A DNA stretch of 64,000 nt from Eledone cirrhosa (GCA_964016885.1 OZ024741.1:217806001-217870000); one strand, 5' to 3'. Shown: positions 39,173-52,597, counted from the stretch's first letter. Numbers and translations are program-made. Notes: generated by a model from the letters alone, not told the origin.

Positions 39173-41863
39173 TGATGCTGCACACCAGGTCCGAACACAG
39201 AGGGGCCAAGCTCCCATTGTCATCACCGCCATCTCTCTCACCCTCTCCATCTCTCATGTACACCAGGTCCGAACACAGAGGAGCCAAACTCCCACTGTCA
39301 TCACCTCCATCTCTCACCCCCTCCCCATCTCTCATGTACACCAGGTCTGAACACAGAGGAGCCAAACTGCCACTGTCATCACCTCCATCTCTCTTGCCCT
39401 CCCCATCTCTCACATACACCAGGTCCAAACACAGGGGAACCAAACTGCCACTGTCACCGCCTTCGTCTCTCACCCCCTCCCCATCTCTCATAAACACCAG
39501 GTCCAAACACAGAGGAGCCAAACTTCCACTGTCACCACCTCCATCTCTCACCCCCTCCCCATCTCTCATGTACACCAAGTTCAAACACAGAGGAACCAAA
39601 CTCCCACTGTCATCACCTCCAGCTCTCTCACTCTCCCCATCTCTCATGTACACCAGGTCCAAACACAGAGGAACCAAACTCCCACTGTCATCACCTCCAG
39701 CTCTCTCACTCTCCCCATCTCTCACGTACACCAAGTCCAAACACAGAGGAACCAAACTCCCACTGTCATCACCTCCAGCTCTCTCACTCTCCCCATCTCT
39801 CACGTACACCAAGTCCAAACACAGAGGAACCAAACTCCCACTGTCATCACCTCCAGCTCTCTCACTCTCCCCATCTCTCACGTACACCAAGTCCAAACAC
39901 AGAGGAACCAAACTCCCACTGTCATCACCTCCAGCTCTCTCACTCTCCCCATCTCTCACGTACACCAAGTCCAAACACAGAGGAACCAAACTCCCACTGT
40001 CATCACCTCCAGCTCTCTCACTCTCCCCATCTCTCACCTACACCAAGTCCAAACACAGAGGAACCAAACTCCCACTGTCATCACCTCCAGCTCTCTCACT
40101 CTCCCCATCTCTCACGTACACCAAGTCCAAACACAGAGGAACCAAACTCCCACTGTCATCACCTCCAGCTCTCTCACTCTCCCCATCTCTCACGTACACC
40201 AAGTCCAAACACAGAGGAACCAAACTCCCACTGTCATCACCTCCAGCTCTCTCACTCTCCCCATCTCTCACGTACACCAAGTCCAAACACAGAGGAACCA
40301 AACTCCCACTGCCATCACCTCCAGCTCTCTCACTCTCCCCATCTCTCACGTACACCAAGTCCAAACACAGAGGAACCAAACTCCCACTGTCATCACCTCC
40401 AGCTCTCTCACTCTCCCCATCTCTCACCTACACCAAGTCCAAACACAGAGGAACCAAACTCCCACTGTCATCACCTCCAGCTCTCTCACTCTCCCCATCT
40501 CTCACGTACACCAAGTCCAAACACAGAGGAACCAAACTCCCACTGTCATCACCTCCAGCTCTCTCACTCTCCCCATCTCTCACGTACACCAAGTCCAAAC
40601 ACAGAGGAACCAAACTCCCACTGTCATCACCTCCAGCTCTCTCACTCTCCCCATCTCTCACGTACACCAAGTCCAAACACAGAGGAACCAAACTCCCACT
40701 GTCATCACCTCCAGCTCTCTCACTCTCCCCATCTCTCACGTACACCAAGTCCAAACACAGAGGAACCAAACTCCCACTGTCATCACCTCCAGCTCTCTCA
40801 CTCTCCCCATCTCTCACGTACACCAAGTCCAAACACAGAGGAACCAAACTCCCACTGTCATCACCTCCATCTCTCACCCCTCCCCATCTCTCATGTACAC
40901 CAGGTCCAAACACAGAGGAGCCAAACTCCCACTGCCATCACCTCCATCTCTCTCACCCTTCCCATCTCTCATGTACACCAGGTCCAAACACAGAGGAGCC
41001 AAACTCCCACTGCCATCACCTCCATCTCTCTCACCCTTCCCATCTCTCATGTACACCAGGTCCAAACACAGAGGAGCCAAACTCCCACTGTCATCACCTC
41101 CATCTCTCTCACCCTCCCCATCTCTCATGTACACCAAGTCCAAACACAGAGGAACCAAACTCCCACTGTCATCACCTCCAGCTCTCTCACTCTCCCCATC
41201 TCTCATGTACACCAGGTCCAAACACAGAGGAGCCAAACTCCCACTGCCATCACCTCCATCTCTCTCACCCTTCCCATCTCTCATGTACACCAGGTCCAAA
41301 CACAGAGGAGCCAAACTCCCACTGTCATCACCTCCATCTCTCTCACCCTCCCCATCTCTCATGTACACCAGATCCAAACACAGAGGAACCAAACTCCCAC
41401 TGCCATCACGTCCAACTCTCTCACCCTCCCCATCTCTCATGTACACCAGGTCCAAACACAGAGGAACCAAACTCCCACTGCCATCACCTCCATCTCTCTC
41501 ACCCTTCCCATCTCTCATGTACACCAGGTCCAAACACAGAGGAGCCAAACTCCCACTGTCATCACCTCCATCTCTCTCACCCTCCCCATCTCTCATGTAC
41601 ACCAGATCCAAACACAGAGGAACCAAACTCCCACTGCCATCACCTCCAACTCTCTCACCCTCCCCATCTCTCATGTACACCAGGTCCAAACACAGAGGAG
41701 CCAAACTCCCACTGTCATCACCTCCATCTCTCTCACCCTCCCCATCTCTCATGTACACCAGATCCAAACACAGAGGAACCAAACTCCCACTGTCATCACC
41801 TCCAACTCTCTCACCCTCCCCATCTCTCATGTACACCAGGTCCAAACACAGAGGAACCAAACT
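39173..41863. repeat. 78-bp minisatellite, about 34 units
   Basis: Unit TACACCA(A/G)GTCCAAACACAGAGGA(A/G)CCAAACTCCCACTGTCATCACCTCCA...CCCCATCTCTCA(C/T)G; gives 26-aa repeat ORFs. Confidence 0.97.
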
Positions 41864-42588
41864 CTTTCTCGCGAATCTCACACCTGCGGCTAGCCAGCTC
41901 AGCGCCTATGGTGGTGAGTAGGGAGGTAGCCCGAGTGCCAAAGACACCAGAAGTCTCCACTGCTAGGGGCTCGACTGCAAACCTGTTGGAGAATGATCGA
42001 TACTTGGAGAGTTTACCCCCTCAGCCCGGCGTGCAGCAGAACCTGGGTTAGTTGCAGACTGCACCAGGGTGCCACTAGAGAATGTGTCGCTGCAAGAAGC
42101 ATCCTAGATGAAGAGTTTACCACCACGGAACGGGAAGATGGTCATACCATCTGGCCTTTTGCCCTTGGTCTAGCCCCACAGGCTCAAGCTGGGAGGGGAA
42201 GCCTGCAGCATCCAAGCCCTGCTTTATGACCTTGTTGAGGTCAGCATAGTGTGGAAGGCGGCCAGCACTGTAGCGACAGGAAAGCAGGTGGAGGCTGAAA
42301 GAGTCCATGGTGGATCCGCAGTGACATTTGTGTGGCTCACAGATCCAGAAGCCAAGCCTCAGGGAAACCCAGATGCACAGGCTATCATTGTCCAGCTGTG
42401 TGCCAGTGGAGAAGGAGTGTAAGGCATGGAGCCAGGCACCATTGTAGGGTTGTGAGGCCGCGCAAAAACATGCAAGACTATGCTGGTCGAGCAGGCACGC
42501 TAGCCTGTCTGTGACTAGGCTGCACTGGATGGCATCCCAAATACTCTGGGACGACTTGACATCAGCAGGGAGAGAAGGAGGAGGGTCG

Positions 42589-42590
<2 letters not shown>
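41864..42590 (-). mobile_element. CRE-like (restriction-like endonuclease) retrotransposon C-terminal fragment
   Basis: GAWLHAL...LRLG...CHCG...HLLSC...H..LN...LEPVGL...RPDG...AE..K..KY...PLAVETSGVFG. Confidence 0.8.
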
Positions 42591-42622
<32 letters not shown>

Positions 42623-42699
42623 ATAATATATATATAGTAATAATATATATATAGTAATAATATATATATATATAGTAATAATTAATATATATATATATA

Positions 42700-42948
42700 T
42701 AAATTAATAAAAACAATGAAATAAAAACCAAGAACAAGTTCCTTATATTAAACATTTCTTTAATATAAGGAACTTCTTTGTTTTTATTTCATTGTTTTTA
42801 TTAATTTATCTTGACTCTGTTTTCCTATGATTTTTATCGTTAAATTTTGAATGCATCTTCTCTTTTCATGATATCTTCTATATTTGGATTACATTGAGTT
42901 CTTCATACGGATTGGACACTACCATATATTTTGGTAGATTTATCTACA
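42700..42948 (+). mobile_element. Short fold-back insert in (TA)n
   Basis: Arms 42700-42752 / 42759-42808; tail to 42948. Confidence 0.65.
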
Positions 42949-42990
42949 TATATATATATTGAAAATTGCAAACTTGACTGTCACACATTA

Positions 42991-43029
42991 TGAACCTGAA
43001 GATTGCGAAAGCATGAAAGTACTTGTTCA
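42991..43029 (+). ncRNA. Minimal type-I hammerhead ribozyme motif
   Basis: TGAAC-CTGAAGA-T-TGC-GAAA-GCA-T-GAAA-GTAC-TT-GTTCA; stem I TGAAC/GTTCA; palindromic stem III. Confidence 0.7.
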
Positions 43030-43695
43030 ATTAACACTTAACATTTAATATTCTACCATTCTATTTCATTCTAATACCATTATAAATTTTAAAGGATTGT
43101 AAATAAAACGAGTAAATCAGACAAAGTTGGAATTCCTCTTATTAATATATATATATATATATATATAGTAGAATAATCGAGAATCGGAAAAACAGCTCAC
43201 GAATTAACGATAAACAATATCCGACAGGTGTGGCAGAGGGCTCAATAATTTGGATAAATCAGAGCTATAACCATCGTTAAATTACCAACACATAGAGATT
43301 ATGCCTAAAATCACCCGTACAGCCGAAAAAGAACGACCAGGAAGATTCGGGTCACTCAAATAAAATATCAATAAATCAATAAATTAAATGAATGTAAAAA
43401 ACTTACCCGGACCCGCTAGAAGGGTGTTAAATCTAGCTTCTTGGGTTTCTGCAATTCCTTAATCCATTCACTATCAGCCCACATAAAAAATATATAAGAC
43501 TTCTAGAGAAGGACTTGACGCGGAAGAGCTTTCTCAACGGGTTCCGTCCGATAATAAAGAAGGGACCCTTAGCCAGAAACGCACATGGTACCCAGCAAGG
43601 GAGATAACCTCTATACTAGCGAAAGATTTCGATAATGTGCAAATTATGTAAGAATACAAAATATCACATATCGAATTTATATATATATATATATA

Positions 43696-44240
43696 TATAA
43701 GAGATGTAAGATAAGAAAATTATAAAATTAACTTACTTACTAAAATATCACTTCCAACTAATTAGTTTCTGGAATGGAGTAGATACATCTTCCGAAGAAG
43801 GTGTAGAGAAACATCCCGTCATCAGGAAAGTCTATTCTCATATAAGTTTCCAGGCAAAGCGAGGACTCTGGAAGCTTATTAAAAAATAAATCAGTGAATA
43901 GGAAATAGCAAAGCGTGGACTCACTTCCTAACCATTGAGAAAATCACTGCCTATTCACTGATTTATTTTTTAATAAGCTTCCAGAGTCCTCGCTTTGCCT
44001 GGAAACTTATATGAGAATAGACTTTCCTGATGACGGGATGTTTCTCTGCACCTTCTTCGGAAGATGTATCTACTCCATTCCAGAAACTAATTAGTTAGAA
44101 GTGATATTTTAGTAAGTAAGTTAATTTTATAATTTTCTTATCTTACGTCTCTTATATTATTGTTCTGCAACCCCATGCATTGAACCACAATGTTATTAAG
44201 ACAAAACCTATATATTTGCTAGCATCGATATGCATTTGTA
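43696..44240 (+). mobile_element. Fold-back PLE-like insert with two hammerhead copies
   Basis: Arms 43696-43902 / 43950-44156; tail to about 44240. Confidence 0.8.
43750..43831 (-). ncRNA. Type-I hammerhead ribozyme motif (mirror copy at 44021-44102, +)
   Basis: ACTTTC-CTGATGA-C-GGGATG...CTTC-TTCG-GAAG...CATTCC-A-GAAA-CTAATTAG-TT-GGAAGT. Confidence 0.78.
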
Positions 44241-44305
44241 TGTATATATATGTTACTAGATATAAATTCTTTATTATATATATATATATATACCAAGATA
44301 ATAAT

Positions 44306-44375
44306 TGTTTCTACTTTTGGCACAAGGCCAGCAATCACCCAGTACATTACTGGTACTTTATTTTATCGACCCCGA
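44306..44375 (-). mobile_element. 5'-truncated SINE A with 19-bp TSD
   Basis: TSD TATATACCAAGATAATAAT at 44287-44305 and 44392-44410. Confidence 0.85.
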
Positions 44376-44397
44376 TAATAATATATAATTTTATATA

Positions 44398-44762
44398 CCA
44401 AGATAATAATAAAGGGAAACTATATTTATAAAACCATATTTATTTTATTATATATATTTCAAGGGCGACTAAGCCAATCTTGGTGCGCTTTCATCAGATA
44501 AAATACAAAATTTGTTTTATAAATAACGACATACCCATGGAAATCATACCTTAACTGTCCGAAATTCGTTGGGTAGACTATCGCACCAAGATTGGCTTGG
44601 TCGCCCCTGAAATATATATAATAAAATAAATATGGTTTTATAAATATAGTTTCCATTTATTATTATCTTGGAATATTTACTCCAGTAACTTGTTGAGTGC
44701 TCTATATCAGTTATAAACATTTATGTTTGTCGGAATTCCAACAAATTAAATACAACTCCAAC
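44398..44762 (+). mobile_element. Fold-back PLE-like insert, family F1
   Basis: Arms 44398-44487 / 44582-44671; tail 44672-44762. Confidence 0.78.
44441..44505 (-). ncRNA. Type-I hammerhead ribozyme motif
   Basis: Minus: TATTTTAT-CTGATGA-AAG...CTT-GAAA-TATATA-TA-ATAAAATA; 8-bp stem I; AUA triplet. Confidence 0.78.
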
Positions 44763-44770
44763 ACATATAT

Positions 44771-47700
44771 CATCATTATCATCATCATCTTCGTTTAAAG
44801 TCCATTTTCCACGCTAACATGGGTTACACGGGAGTTGTCCCAATTTGAGTCAAGGTTGGTCGGGTGACCGTGTCTCGCTCGTATAGGAATATCTGGCAGG
44901 TTTTCTACAGCTGGATGCCCTTCCTAACACCAACCTTACAGTGTGGAACTGGGAACTTTTTACTGTGTTGCCTACACGGCCACATTACAGCATGGACTGT
45001 GTGTTTTTTGTCGTGACACCTACACAATCTCGATCTCATTATCTCATTTATTTGGACTGGATGTTGTGGTACCAACTTTACAGAGAGAGGGTGGTGTTGG
45101 TGGGAGTGGGAGGATAGGGTAGGGGTAGTGGATTATGGTGTATATTTGGTTAAGAGGTGCCTACTGACTGTAGGTTAGGTTTCGCTTTGTACTTAGGCAA
45201 GGCGGGTCTTCTGTATTACTGCGTAGCGCCAAAGATCTCGGTCCAGTGACATTGTCTTAGAGAGGTGCAAGTGTGTAAGGTCGGAATTTATTAGATCGTC
45301 CCAGGTTTTTCTGGGTCTACCTACTCCGTAACTACCATCAATTTTGATCGCCGTGCAATTTTTTTTTATACAGCTGTCGTCTTTCATGCGCATCACGTGG
45401 CCATACCAACATAGTCTTCTCTCAAGTAAACAGCATCTGATCCCCCTTATTCCTAATTTCTCACTTAGTTAATTTATGCTTTGCCGTTCACGTATATTAC
45501 TATTACACACCCACGGAGCATGCAAGCTTCGTTCCTTTCCAGTCTGCGCAGGTCCTCTGCACGTAATGCCCATGTCTCACTGCCTTTCATTTTTAGAGAG
45601 AAACCTTTTGTGGCCAACAGTGGTATAAGCTCTCTGAACTTTTTCCATCCCGTTCTGACTCTGGTTACTGTACTTTCAGAACACTCTTCTCCACTGCTGA
45701 TTTCGTCACCCAGGCAACGGAAAGTGTCTACTATTTCTATAGAACCATCTGGGCAATAGAAGGAGCTAGTATCCTGTGGACACTTGCTACTTATTGCACC
45801 TGAGCATCGGCCACATATAAAGTCTACGTTCTTAGATAGTTTACCTGTGATCCCACTACATATTTTATGTACCCATACTTTGCATTTGGGACATAAAATG
45901 GACTTTCTGCCTACTCCTTTCCTACACACTGAGCATGGCCATTTCCCAGAGGGCACCTGTGCCCTATTTTCCTTTCTACAAACTAGAACTTTAGTCTTAT
46001 ACAAGTTAACTTTAACGCCTTTTGATTCTAAGCCATGCTTCCATGTTTCGAATTTCTTCTCTAGTTCAGCCATTGATTCAGCTATGAGCGTTAGATCATC
46101 TGCGTATAGGAGTTCCCATGGGCAGCCGGTCTTGAACTCCTCTGATATAGCCTGAAGGGCAATAATAAATAGGAGGGGGATAAGGACAGAGCCTTGATGA
46201 ACGCCAACTTTTACACTAAATTCTTCACAATATTCATTGTTAATTCTAACCTTACTGACTGTTTCATTATACATAGCTTGTATAGCTCTCACAAGCCATT
46301 CATTTACACCTAGTTTTCTAAGAGCCCACCAGATAATGGAGCGGGGGACTCTGTCAAAGGCTTTCTCAAGGTCTACAAAAGCTAAGTAGAGGGGTTTACT
46401 TTTAGCTAGGTACTTCTCTTGTAGTTGTCGTACAAAGAAAAGAGTGTCTGTTGTACTTTTACCTGACACAAACCCAAACTGCATTTCATCTAGATCAATT
46501 TGCTCTCTGATTAGTTGCGCTATAACTCTTTCTGTGACCTTCATGACCTGGTCTACTAACTTAATGCCTCTATAGTTTCCCCTATCTAGAGCATCCCCTT
46601 TACCCTTGTAACAGTTAATGATGATGCTGCTACGCCAGTCTTTCGGTATGACCCCATTCTGTATTACTTGGTTAACTATACGGGTGACCATAGTGTGTCC
46701 CACCATACCAGATGCCTTCAACATCTCAGCAACTATCTCCGAAGGCCCTTCTGCCTTGCCTGTCTTCATATCTTTGATTGCCTTACTTATTATACTACCT
46801 TTAACTTGCACCGCTGGTCCTTCTATTGGATCGATTTGGGGCAGACTATCTTTTCCCCATTTATTCTCCTCATTTAATAGTCTCTCGTAGTGACACTTCC
46901 AGGCTATCTTCTTATCAGTATCAGTGAGTCAAGTACACCGTTATCATTACAGACACACTTCTCCCTGACAATATCACGGTTTTCCTCGACACATTGTCTA
47001 GCAATCCTGAACACCTCACATTTTTGGTCCTCACGTTGTAGAACATGCTTGATCTTTCTATCCTCTGCTACCCTTTTTGCAAGGTACACTTGTCTCCTGG
47101 CCACTTGACAGTGCTCTCTACTTCCCCCATCCTGCCATACTTTCCAAGCCTGCTTTTTGGCCTTGGTTGTCTCTTCCACCTTACTGTTCCACCACCAAGT
47201 TACTCTCCTCCTGCCAATAGGTCTGCTCCAGCCACAGATTTCATCCGTTGCTTTCAGCAGGTTCACTTTCAAGAATTGCCACCGTTCCTCTATATCGCAC
47301 GTCTCTAATTGCTCTTCCGTATTGTCAAAGCCATCAAGCAATAAGCTTTTAAATTTGTCACTGGCTATGGGGTCCTTCAACTTCCATATTCTTCTCCTCA
47401 AGGTAGGATTCTTCTGTCGTCGAGTACGTCTCGTCCTGACTATGAGGTCACTAACTACTAGGCTATGTTGGGAGGTGCATTCTTCACGGGGGAGGGATTT
47501 AGTGTTTACAACAGACACTTTGTCCCGTCTTCTAGTAAGGATATAATCTATCTGGCTGGCGTGTTCCCTTGATCTATAGGTGACCAAGTGGTTTTCACGT
47601 TTTTTGAAGTTTGTGTTACAGATAGTTAGGCTATTTGCGTCACAGAATTCCAGGATTCTGAAGCCCTCCTCATTTCTATTTCCAACCCCATAGCCTCCAT

Positions 47701-48698
47701 GGATTCCATCATAGCCATCACTATGTTGTCCAACGTGACTGTTTAGATCGCTATCAATAATTAAGTAGTCATGTCGGTTATTTGGGAGGTAATGTGCATT
47801 AGCATCTCATAGAACCTGTCCTTTATAACATCAGGTAGACCAGATTGGGGTGCATAAGCAGATATTATTGTCACAGTAGTTCTATTTAGAACTAGTCTTA
47901 ATTTAATTATTCTGTCAGTCACTCTATTTACGTCAATTACGTTATCTACCCATTTTTCAGCTAACATAATTCCTACACCACCCTGTCCGTTGTCATTTCC
48001 CACCCAGAAAAGTTTATAGCATCATTTTTAACCCACGATGAATCTGGGTTACCCCCCCCCCCTCTCCACCTAGTCTCTTGAATACAACAAACATCAACTT
48101 TTTTACGTTCAAGCATCTCTACAACCTCATTTGAGTGACCTTTCAATGTGCCTACATTCATGGTACCAACTCTGAAGTTGGGAGGGTGGGATGGATGGGT
48201 TGGAGGGTCAGGGAGGGGTGTGGGAGACGGAATTTTGTTGGTCATCCGTAAAATAAAGAGGGGTCCTTGTATTCTCGTCTTGCAGTGGGAGGTGAATTTA
48301 TCTTTATCTGTGATATTGTCATTGAGTGCTTAGACTTTTCAAATTTCCGCAGTCAACCCATCAAACAGGTCTAAACTTAAGGAGTAGTAACCGAGGTGGT
48401 AGCTTTGTTATACTGATTTGTTAGAGAACTTACTAAAGCCGCTGAGTTATGATTGGACCATATAGCAATGGTGGTGAGTGGGGGCGGGCGGGAAATGGGT
48501 AACTTTAGGAGAAGGCTAGTTTTTAGGAAGGGTCCAACAGATTGAGACATTAAAAACATGTAAAATAATAATTGAAAATCAGAGAGGAAAACGGAGAATT
48601 TGAATTTTAGACTGGCATAAATAAGAGTTTAAAACACTGCTTATTTAGAAGACTACGGATAAAAGAAAAGACAAGTATTGCTTACATTCTCAAAATCG
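44771..48698 (-). mobile_element. RTE-clade LINE with PHD finger in RT; near full length, pseudogenised; (GAT)n tail
   Basis: APE: RVGTMNVGTL, CIQETRWRG, ISAYAPQ, SQIDYIL. RT: NYRGIKL, QFGF, DLEKAFDRV, GVHQGS, YADD. (CAT)n at left end. Confidence 0.93.
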
Positions 48699-48810
48699 AT
48701 AGATCGCCTGTAAGATAGATTAGATAGATAAATTCTGTCCTTGGGAACCAGCAAGATTTATTATATATATATAAATATGTATGTACATATACACACACAT
48801 ACACAAATAT

Positions 48811-49104
48811 AGGCACACTCGGGAAGCACATTGAGGACACTATTCCATAGACACTAACTCACGTTCAGCAACATATACACACTTCCTAATTGTCCCGTCA
48901 ACAATGCAGAAGTGTGCATGAGAGCGTATGTCATAATATATAGCTCCTTGTACATCAGAGGTACAATCCGGAGGCTATACATACGGATCAAGGGGAACAT
49001 GATAATGAGAGCCTCTTCCGTTGAAAACCATCTTGACAGAGGCCAAAGTGATGACATTGAGGTCAACATAAAGGTGATTGAAAGGAATATAGGCAATCTA
49101 AGGA
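48811..49104 (+). mobile_element. Decayed PLE GIY-YIG fragment
   Basis: NCP...C...VIIY...LYIRGTIRRLYIRIK(E)H...SSVENHL resembles YIG-T-R-L-RI-EH. Confidence 0.55.
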
Positions 49105-49108
49105 ATAA

Positions 49109-49315
49109 CCCTTTAGCATTCACATTATTCTATATATACTATAATATTTTCATGGTAAAGGCTTTACCTCGCATAATTATCTCACATAATATCGAATCTA
49201 TGAGATTTTGAAAGTATTTATTTTGAGAACAATACATTAACATCAGTTACAGCCAATTTCAACAGAAAGAGGTAAAGAATTCTGGCTGGTTTTGGCTGGT
49301 TTGAACATTAAAGGG
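49109..49315. mobile_element. piggyBac-like MITE
   Basis: (A)TAA-CCCTTTAGCATTCA ... TGAACATTAAAGGG-TTAA. Confidence 0.7.
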
Positions 49316-49712
49316 TTAAAGAGGCCATTTTCATCAGCTGAATATAACCAAGGATAAATAATAGGTCAGAAATGGATGAGGCAGAATAGTTACTGTAGTG
49401 ACCCCATGCATGCATTTTGCACACACATAGACCAGTTAGGGAAGAAAAGTTTGATCCCTAATTTTTTTTGTCTTCAACTGTTTTGGCTTCGCATCTGAAA
49501 AGAGGGTAATAACCTTGAAATATCACGCTAAAATACACTGGATAAAACATGACTTTGTTTTGTTTCATTTGTCATCATAAACTCTTCAATTTCTCCCGCA
49601 TTGCATCGACTTTTTAAAAACATTATCAGCCTGTTACTATATATAAATATATATATATATAGGAAAAGTACTAAAGATTTGTTTGTATGTGTATGTGTGT
49701 GTGTATATACAT

Positions 49713-49787
<75 letters not shown>

Positions 49788-49789
49788 TA

Positions 49790-52597
49790 CATATCAGTCA
49801 GATAGATTATATCCTTACCAGAAGACGTGATAGAATGTCTGTTGTAAACACTAAATCCCTCCCCCATGAAGAATGCACCTCATAGTCAGCGACCTCACAG
49901 TCAGGACACGACGTTCTCGACAACAGAGGAGGACTATCCTCAGGAGAAAAATATGGAAGCTAAAGGACCCCACAGCCAGTAATAAATTTAAAAGCATATT
50001 ACTTGATGCTTTCGACATTAAGGAAGAGCAATTAGAGTCGTACAATATAGAGGAACAGTGGGAATTCCTGAAAGCTAACCTGCTGAAGGCGGCAGATGAA
50101 GTCTGTGGCTGGAGCAGGCCTATAGGCAGGAGGAGAGTAACATGGTGGTGGAACAGTAAGGTGGAGGAGTCAATTAAGGCCAAAAATCAGGCTTGGAAAG
50201 TATGGCGGGATGGGGGAAGTAGAGAAGACTATCAAGTGGCCAGGAGGGAAGCTAGGAGACAAGTGTACTTCGCAAGAAAGGAAGCAGAGGAAAGAAAGTT
50301 CAAGCATGTTCTACAACGCGAGGACCAAAAACGTGAGGTGTTCAGGATTGCTAGGCAATGTGTCAAGGAAAACTATGATATTGTCGGGGAGAAGTGTGTC
50401 CGTAATGATAACGGTGTACTTGCCATCACTGACGCTGATAAGAAGGTAGCTTGGAAGTGTCACTACGAAAAGCTACTAAATGAGGAGAATAAATGGGAGA
50501 AAGACAGTCTCCCCCACATCGATCCAATAGAGGGACCAGCAGTGCTAGTTGAAGGTAGTATAATAAGTAAGGCAATCAAAGATATGAAGACGGGTAAGGC
50601 GGCTGGGCCTTCGGAAATAGTTGCCGAAATGCTGAAAGCATCTGGAACGGTGGGACACACTATGGTCACCCGGATAGTAAACCAAGTCATACAGAATGGG
50701 GCCGTTCCGAAGGACTGGCGTAGCAGCATCATCATTAACTGCTACAAGGGTAAAGGAGATGCTCTTGATAGGGGTAACTATAGAGGCATTAAATTAATCG
50801 ACCAGGTCATGAAGGTCACAGAAAAAGTAATAGCGCAACTAATCAGAGAACGAATTTTTCTAGATGAAATGCAGTTTGGGTTTGTGTCAGGTAAAAGTAC
50901 CACAGACGCTCTTTTCCTTGTACGACAACTACAGGAGAAGTACCTAGCTAAAAGTAAACCCCTATACTTAGCTTTTGTTGACTTGGAGAAAGCCTTTGAC
51001 AGAGTCCCCCACTCCCTCATCTGGTGGGCGCTTAGAAAACTAGGTGTTGATGAATAGGCTTGTGAGAGCTATACAAGCCATGTATAAAGAAACAGTTACC
51101 AAGGTTAGAATTAACAACGAATATAGTGAAGAGTTTAGCGTAAAAGTTGGTGTTCATCAGGGCTCCGTTCTTAGCCCCCTACTATTTATTATTGCCCTTC
51201 AGGCTATAACAGAAGAGTTCAAGACCGGCTGCCCATGGGAACTCCTATATGCAGATGATCTAACGCTCATAGCTGAATCAATGGCTGAACTAGAGAAGAA
51301 ATTCCAAACATGGAAGCATGGCCTAGAACCAAAAGGCCTTAAAGTTAACTTGTCTAAGACTAAAGTTCGAGTTTGTAGGAAGGAAAATAAGGCACCGGTC
51401 CCATCTGGGAAATGGCCATGCTCAGTGTGTAGGAAAGGAGTAGGCAGAAAGTCCATTTTATGTCCCAAATGCAAAGTATGGGTACATAAAAGATGTAGTG
51501 GGATCGCAGGTAAGCTAACTAAGAATATAGATTTTATATGTGGCCGGTGCTCTGGTGCAATAAGTAGCAGCAAGTGCCCAGAGAATACTAGCTCATTCCA
51601 TTGCACAGATGGTTCTATAGAAATAGTGGACACCTTCCGTTACCTGGGTGACAAAATAAGCAGTGGGGGAGGGTGCTCTGAAAGTACAGTAGCTAAAGTC
51701 AGAACGGGATGGAAAAAGTTCAGAGGGCTTATACCACTATTGGCCGCGAAAAGGTTCTCTCTAAAAATGAAAGGCAGGCTGTATGATGCCTGCATACGAA
51801 CAGCAATGTTACATGGCAGTGAGACCTGGGCTTTGTGTGCAGAGGATATACGCAGACTGGAGAGAAACGAAGCTTGCATGCTCCGTTGGATGTGTAATAG
51901 TAATAGACGTGAACGGCAAAGCATAAACGAACTAAGGGAGAAATTAGGAATAAGAGGGATCAGATGTTGTTTACTCGAGAGAAGACTGCGTTGGTACGGT
52001 CACGTGATGCGCATGAAAGACGACAGCTGTATAAAAAAGTGCAGGGCGATAAAAATAGACGGTAGCCACGGAGTAGGCAGACCCAGAAAAACCTGGGACG
52101 ACTTGATAAATTCCGACCTCACACACTTACACCTCTCCAAGAGAATGTCACTGGACCGAGATCTTTGGCGCTACACAGAAATACAGAAGACCCGCCTTGC
52201 CTAAGTACAAAGCGAAACCTACAGTCAGTAGGCACCTCTAACGAAATACACCCCCGTCCCACTACCCCCACCCCATCCACACCACCCCCTTAAATGTGAA
52301 GTTATGTTGGTACCACAACATCCAGTCTGAAACAAATGAGGTCGTGTAGGTGTCACGACAAAAAAAACACACACAGTCCACGCTGTAATGTGGCCGTGTA
52401 GGCAACACGGTAAAAACCTCCCAGTCCACACTGTAAACGTGGTTGGTGTTAGGAAGGACATCCAGCCGTAGAAAACCCGCCAGACAGTCCTATACGAGCA
52501 GGACAACAAATCTTGCCTCAAGTGGGAAAACTCCCGTCCAAACCCATGCAAGCGTGGAAGATGGACGTTAAACGATGATGATGATGATGATGATGAT
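49790..52597 (+). mobile_element. RTE-PHD LINE, 5'-truncated copy; (GAT)n tail
   Basis: ORFs 49873-51057 and 51044-52204 (one frameshift); close relative of 44771-48698. Confidence 0.93.

Noticed and set aside
39175-42051. 958-aa ORF as a host gene
   Set aside because: It is a 78-bp tandem repeat open on both strands, switches frame mid-array and ends in antisense retroelement sequence.
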